DNA from: a phage
Direction: 5' to 3' (one strand)
DNA length: 64,000 bases
Sequence record: PZ445534.1
Shown piece after piece: positions 63,481 through 64,000 of the stretch; the first letter of the stretch is position 1; every line of letters starts with the position of its first letter. Both the position numbers and the translations under genes were made by a program. The notes beneath the pieces were generated by a model. That model was not told where the DNA came from. It saw nothing but the letters and a program-made list of their open reading frames with translations, and made no database searches.

Positions 63481-63555
63481 GAATCCGTGACAGAAATGGA
63501 TATGTGCCTGTCTGCAAAACAGGTTTATAAGGGTTCAAGTCCCTTCGGATTCTCC
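63481..63555 (+). tRNA. tRNA-Cys (anticodon GCA)
   Basis: Acceptor GAATCCG/CGGATTC, anticodon arm CCTGT-CTGCAAA-ACAGG, T-arm AAGGGTTCAAGTCCCTT, CCA. Confidence 0.65.
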
Positions 63556-63778
63556 AAGTTATTTTACTCTCTCTCAATTAAAATAATAATAATGCCCTGC
63601 TATAAGTATTCTTCCTTTCGCTACCGAAGAGTATTTTTAGACAGGGCTTTTTTACAGAGTTATACTTTATAAGAAGGCTTATACAGTATGTCTCTGACGT
63701 ACATTGTGGTTTCTCCTTGACGGTCTCTGTGCCGTCTTTTTTAAGGAGAAACATGGTTAATTATTTGGAGAAAACATA

Positions 63779-63979
63779 ATGAGTGAGACCGTTTATAAAG
63801 AACTTTATGAAGCTAACAAAAAGCTAGAATTTATGCAGAACACTATCATGGCAATTGCAGATAGATTATCTGTAGCAACAGGTATTGATATCAAAGAAGC
63901 CTCTATAGATGCACTTCTTGATGCTGTTGATGCAAAGTTCGAAGTTAAGAAAGAAGAGACTGCTACAGACTCTGAATAA
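63779..63979 (+). CDS. hypothetical small protein
   Basis: 66-aa ORF with AGGAGA-like RBS (GGAGAAAACATAATG). Confidence 0.4.
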   Translation: MSETVYKELYEANKKLEFMQNTIMAIADRLSVATGIDIKEASIDALLDAVDAKFEVKKEETATDSE

Positions 63980-64000
63980 TTCTATTTGCGGAGGTGCTTA

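Overview
This window reads as part of a large lytic dsDNA phage genome; no integrase, attachment site or host genes were seen. It has four blocks: (1) a minus-strand block (1253-10886) with thymidylate synthase, DHFR, an ATP-dependent ligase and a family-A DNA polymerase whose gene is split by a putative group I intron; (2) a long plus-strand block (11114-41190) with a T7-like replication set, aerobic and anaerobic ribonucleotide reductases (nrdD also split by a putative group I intron), several homing-endonuclease genes, a Prs-like/NAMPT-like pair resembling the NARP1 NAD+ reconstitution system, and a TARG1-like macrodomain protein; (3) an array of 14 small unrelated genes (41714-47706), each behind a conserved promoter-hairpin-leader cassette of two alternating types, flanked by a tandem-repeat region and a 1.6 kb repeat-rich non-coding region; (4) a minus-strand block with an endolysin, then a cluster of about 27 tRNA genes (58623-63555) interleaved with repeated spacer elements and tRNA fragments. 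All calls come from reading the sequence and motif recognition only; no searches or folding programs were run, so coordinates of tRNAs, promoters and intron boundaries are approximate. The most promising candidates for something new are the early-gene cassette array, the repeat-rich non-coding region and the inter-tRNA elements.
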